20,000 nt of DNA. Source: an uncultured virus (IMG/VR IMGVR_UViG_3300037657_000059). Lineage: Duplodnaviria > Heunggongvirae > Uroviricota > Caudoviricetes. The translations under genes were made by a program, and so were the position numbers. Positions 17,691 to 20,000 of this stretch are shown piece by piece. The DNA lies in the IMG/VR virus record IMGVR_UViG_3300037657_000059; one strand, written 5' to 3'. Numbering within the stretch: position 1 is the first letter of the stretch; each line of letters starts with the position of its first letter. The notes under the pieces were generated by a model. The model searched no databases, was not told where the DNA came from, and was given only the letters and a program-made list of their open reading frames with translations.

Positions 17691-17705
17691 ACTAATCCTG
17701 CGGAT
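17484..17705. repeat. 26-bp direct repeats (17484-17509 and 17680-17705) plus a 15-bp x3 tandem repeat (17495-17539)
   Basis: ttattcggcatactcatcctgtggat vs ttattcggcatactaatcctgcggat (24/26); PQDKY/QQDKY/PQDEY. Confidence 0.9.
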
Positions 17706-18129
17706 CTTCCTTTTTCTTTCGCAGGATCTCCACCCCATCTTTCCACTTGCTGATCTCAACGATTGATTTCTCGGTAAAGATATGATGGTGATTGATCCTT
17801 TCCAATACCAGATCGGTCTTACTGGATACCAGCTGGATCGATTGGTTTAAAAGGGAAATGGATTTCTGTTGATCTTCCTGCAATCCCTTGATAAATCGGT
17901 TCGTGTGGGTTATTAACTCTCGCTGGAAATTATCCCGCTTCTCACCTTGCGCTTCATTCCACACACGCTGCTTCTCAGATTCTGCAGCCTGGAATATACG
18001 TTCTTTCTCCCTTGTTTCTTCCCGGACCTTTGCCAGCGCATCCTCCCGCCTGAGCAGGAAGATCACAACAACAAAAATTAAAACAGCCATTGGCCATTGA
18101 TTTGCAATGCTTGCCAGAATGGTTTCCAT
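17692..18129 (-). CDS. Single-TM coiled-coil membrane protein, putative holin-like/lysis accessory
   Basis: N-terminal hydrophobic helix then charged coiled coil; TGATG overlap with the upstream holin-like gene. Confidence 0.55.
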   Translation of the reverse strand: METILASIANQWPMAVLIFVVVIFLLRREDALAKVREETREKERIFQAAESEKQRVWNEAQGEKRDNFQRELITHTNRFIKGLQEDQQKSISLLNQSIQLVSSKTDLVLERINHHHIFTEKSIVEISKWKDGVEILRKKKEDPQD

Positions 18130-18509
18130 CAATTCTCTCCCCCGATTCCTGTGAATGTCTTATTCACCGCTCTTGTAACCAACTGGGTGATCAAACCCTT
18201 GATCAGATCATATAATCCGGAGGCAACCAGACCAATCGCCAGACCATAAACACCAACGCCAAACCAGTACACAAATAGCACATACCAATCCAGGGATAGA
18301 GGCGGCCGCTCTGACATGACCATAAAGCCACTGCCAAAGAACAGCCCCAAAACCAATGAGAGCACCAGCAACCCGTTCCCCGTGATCAGCTGGCTACCGT
18401 CCTTTTTAGTGAGGCGTTTCGCCCACTCCACCAGACCAAAAACAACAAACAATAATGGCACACCTTTGACCGCTGCCTGTAAAAATGACGTGAAGTCCAT
18501 TCCTTCCAT
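18129..18509 (-). CDS. Putative holin (three TM segments)
   Basis: Three hydrophobic segments, LVEWAK and GLVASGLYD patterns; AAGGAG RBS before ATG 18509. Confidence 0.7.
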   Translation of the reverse strand: MEGMDFTSFLQAAVKGVPLLFVVFGLVEWAKRLTKKDGSQLITGNGLLVLSLVLGLFFGSGFMVMSERPPLSLDWYVLFVYWFGVGVYGLAIGLVASGLYDLIKGLITQLVTRAVNKTFTGIGGEN

Positions 18510-18532
18510 TCCCAGCTCCTTCCCCAAAACAC

Positions 18533-18569
18533 AAAAAAAGACCGTCAGAAAACTAAGCTCCTGACGGTC
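18533..18569 (-). terminator. Intrinsic terminator in the late leader
   Basis: GACCGTCAGGAG-CTTAGT-TTTCTGACGGTC followed by T7. Confidence 0.9.
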
Positions 18570-18639
18570 CATTGCCGCTCTATGGAATTACAACGATCTA
18601 TTCAATTGTCAAAACGAAATCACGCGGTCAATTGCCGCT
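18564..18639 (-). promoter_or_regulatory. Leader with two repeated mini-hairpins AGCGGCAAT(T/G)GACCG, 60 bp apart
   Basis: Repeats at 18625-18639 and 18565-18579 (14/15 identical); the second overlaps the terminator 5' arm. Confidence 0.75.
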
Positions 18640-18644
18640 ACCTA

Positions 18645-18673
18645 ATTATACAATTTTTCTAACCGTGATGCAA
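18645..18673 (-). promoter_or_regulatory. Sigma70-type late promoter
   Basis: TTGCAT (18673-18668), 17-bp spacer, TATAAT (18650-18645). Confidence 0.8.
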
Positions 18674-18685
18674 GCGGTTGTGGGC

Positions 18686-19351
18686 TTATTCATTAATTAT
18701 TAAATTAAGACTTAACTGCATTTGTGCTTCTTTAATTCGCTTATCCGCAATTGAATAATATGTTGGGTCAATTTCAATACCGATAAAGTTACGGTCATGT
18801 TTTACACTCCAATATCCGCTGGTTCCTGTACCCATAAAGCAATCCAATATTGTTTCACCATTAACAGAAAATGAATCAATTACACGTCCAGTTATATCAA
18901 GGCTTGTTTGTCCTGGATGATTATACTTTTTTTCTTTGTAAAAATATCCCATACCGGGAACCTGAACATTCCACCAATGATCCTTAGTGCGCTTAACCGG
19001 TTTATTCGGAACAAGTAGTGGAATATATTGATGAATAAAGTTATTTCTAATTGCACCTTCTGGGGACCATGCACAAATAATTTGATGATGGTCTGGAAGC
19101 TGGTTGTAAAACCAAAGTAAATTCTTTTTTGGTGGATACACAGCAAAAGTTTTACATACTCTTTTTAATTCGGTTAACCACTTAATGCACCAATTAAAAT
19201 ATTCCTCTTCTGGAAGATCATCTTTATATGTTCCATAATCTTTGCCAATATTATATGGTGGATCAACAAATCCAAAATCCACAATTTTATCAGGTATCCC
19301 CTTCAAGACATCCAAGCAATCACCAAGATACAGTTCAACAGACAAGTCCAT
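18686..19351 (-). CDS. Orphan N6A/N4C DNA methyltransferase, beta class
   Basis: GDCLDVL, N-terminal DPPY, C-terminal ILDCFMGTGT and FIGIEID; visibly AT-rich. Confidence 0.93.
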   Translation of the reverse strand: MDLSVELYLGDCLDVLKGIPDKIVDFGFVDPPYNIGKDYGTYKDDLPEEEYFNWCIKWLTELKRVCKTFAVYPPKKNLLWFYNQLPDHHQIICAWSPEGAIRNNFIHQYIPLLVPNKPVKRTKDHWWNVQVPGMGYFYKEKKYNHPGQTSLDITGRVIDSFSVNGETILDCFMGTGTSGYWSVKHDRNFIGIEIDPTYYSIADKRIKEAQMQLSLNLIINE

Positions 19352-19363
19352 CCCTTTCGCCTT

Positions 19364-19570
19364 TCAACATTCCCCTTTCCCCTCATTAAACACAACCGGC
19401 TTCCCCTCCACTACATGTGAGATGCGATACACCTGCCAGCGCTTCACGTCAATCCGCAAGGACCCAAACCCGCCAGCATCCTTTTTCAGGATCTCAAGCC
19501 GGTTCTTCAACTCCAAAGCCTGCTCTGTAGTCATGCCCAACCAATCCGCCACAATCTGAGCTTCATCCAT
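19364..19570 (-). CDS. Small protein, DUF2292/YezD-like; candidate late regulator
   Basis: Helix followed by GFGSLRIDVKRWQVYRI, resembling the DUF2292 pattern; AAGGA RBS before ATG 19570 (alternative start 19588). Confidence 0.45.
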   Translation of the reverse strand: MDEAQIVADWLGMTTEQALELKNRLEILKKDAGGFGSLRIDVKRWQVYRISHVVEGKPVVFNEGKGEC

Positions 19571-19829
19571 GATTATCATCCTTGCCATTCAGACTAACAA
19601 ACAATCCCAGCTTCGCCAAAACTTCCAATCCATCTTCATATTCGATTTTCGCTTTAGGATTGGAATAGCGCATCCTTTTAACAATCAGAGTACAGACTTT
19701 ATCAATCAATAAATAATCTCCATCTTCCGCTTTTTCCAGGGTAGACACATAAGCCGCAGCCTGCTCTTTTAACGAAGAAATTTCAAATAACTCAAGATCC
19801 TTGAGAATCTTCTGCTTTTTCTCGTTCAT
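19563..19829 (-). CDS. Hypothetical phage protein (88 aa)
   Basis: GGAG RBS before ATG 19829; packed with neighbouring ORFs. Confidence 0.7.
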   Translation of the reverse strand: MNEKKQKILKDLELFEISSLKEQAAAYVSTLEKAEDGDYLLIDKVCTLIVKRMRYSNPKAKIEYEDGLEVLAKLGLFVSLNGKDDNHG

Positions 19830-19965
19830 AGCGCTCCAATGCCATCTTCTCAATCCTACGATCCGCAGACGCAGCCACCTGGCACATCGCAATAATTAAA
19901 ATTCCTACAAACGCACCAACCATACAACCAAGCACAAAAATCAAAAGACCATTCCAGAAATTCAT
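19792..19965 (-). CDS. Small membrane protein (57 aa), DUF3789-like
   Basis: Manual translation MNFWNGLLIFVLGCMVGAFVGILIIAMCQVAASADRRIEK...; GGAGG RBS; not in the ORF track. Confidence 0.75.
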   Translation of the reverse strand: MNFWNGLLIFVLGCMVGAFVGILIIAMCQVAASADRRIEKMALERYEREKAEDSQGS

Positions 19966-20000
19966 TTTTCCTCCCTCTCACTTGATTTCTTATTTAATTT

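Larger units (their letters stand above)
1..20000 (-). mobile_element. HK97-like siphophage/prophage late region (lysis, packaging, head, tail); ends not in window
   Basis: Co-oriented, tightly packed minus-strand genes in the order HNH-terS-terL-portal-protease-capsid-neck-tube-TAC-TMP; no tail sheath gene. Confidence 0.97.

Noticed and set aside
18498..18509. Holin dual-start motif (Met-Glu-Gly-Met)
   Set aside because: It lacks the basic residue of lambda S-type dual starts and has no supporting structure
18510..18572. Longer N-terminus for the holin-like ORF (track start 18572)
   Set aside because: It runs through the terminator; the good RBS is before ATG 18509
18585..18612. Second promoter using TTGACA at 18612-18607
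   Set aside because: No good -10 hexamer at 16-18 bp spacing
17484..18639. CRISPR mini-array or att-site interpretation of the direct repeats
   Set aside because: Only two copies each, with lengths and spacing unlike CRISPR; no cas or integrase gene in the window
49..19559. All plus-strand ORFs in the track
   Set aside because: They are antisense shadows of well-supported minus-strand genes and show no recognisable motifs
1..20000. Stop-codon reassignment, introns/inteins, DGR, tRNA genes
   Set aside because: Genes are full length in the standard code with TAA, TAG and TGA all used as stops; no reverse transcriptase, intein or cloverleaf was recognised

Overview
The window is a single minus-strand block of an HK97-like siphophage or prophage. 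In transcription order (right to left) it holds: small early/middle ORFs, an orphan beta-class DNA methyltransferase, a strong sigma70-type late promoter with a structured leader and intrinsic terminator, two holin-like genes, HNH, terS, terL, a small membrane ORF, a portal fused to a gpF/gp7-like domain, prohead protease, major capsid, head/neck genes and the tail tube. Two glycosyltransferase-like genes follow inside the tail operon, then a tail assembly chaperone with a -1 frameshift, tape measure, a Dit-like gene, a GH25 lysin and a truncated tail-tip gene. The most striking items are (1) a Maf/CstII-like plus GT-B enzyme pair between tail tube and chaperone, a candidate virion glycosylation system, (2) a dual-hairpin late leader whose second hairpin overlaps the terminator, a candidate antitermination switch with a small candidate regulator upstream, (3) a 25-bp-period hairpin element before two assembly-helper genes, and (4) a signal-peptide-like extension on TerL. 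All family calls come from motifs recognised by eye; no searches were run.
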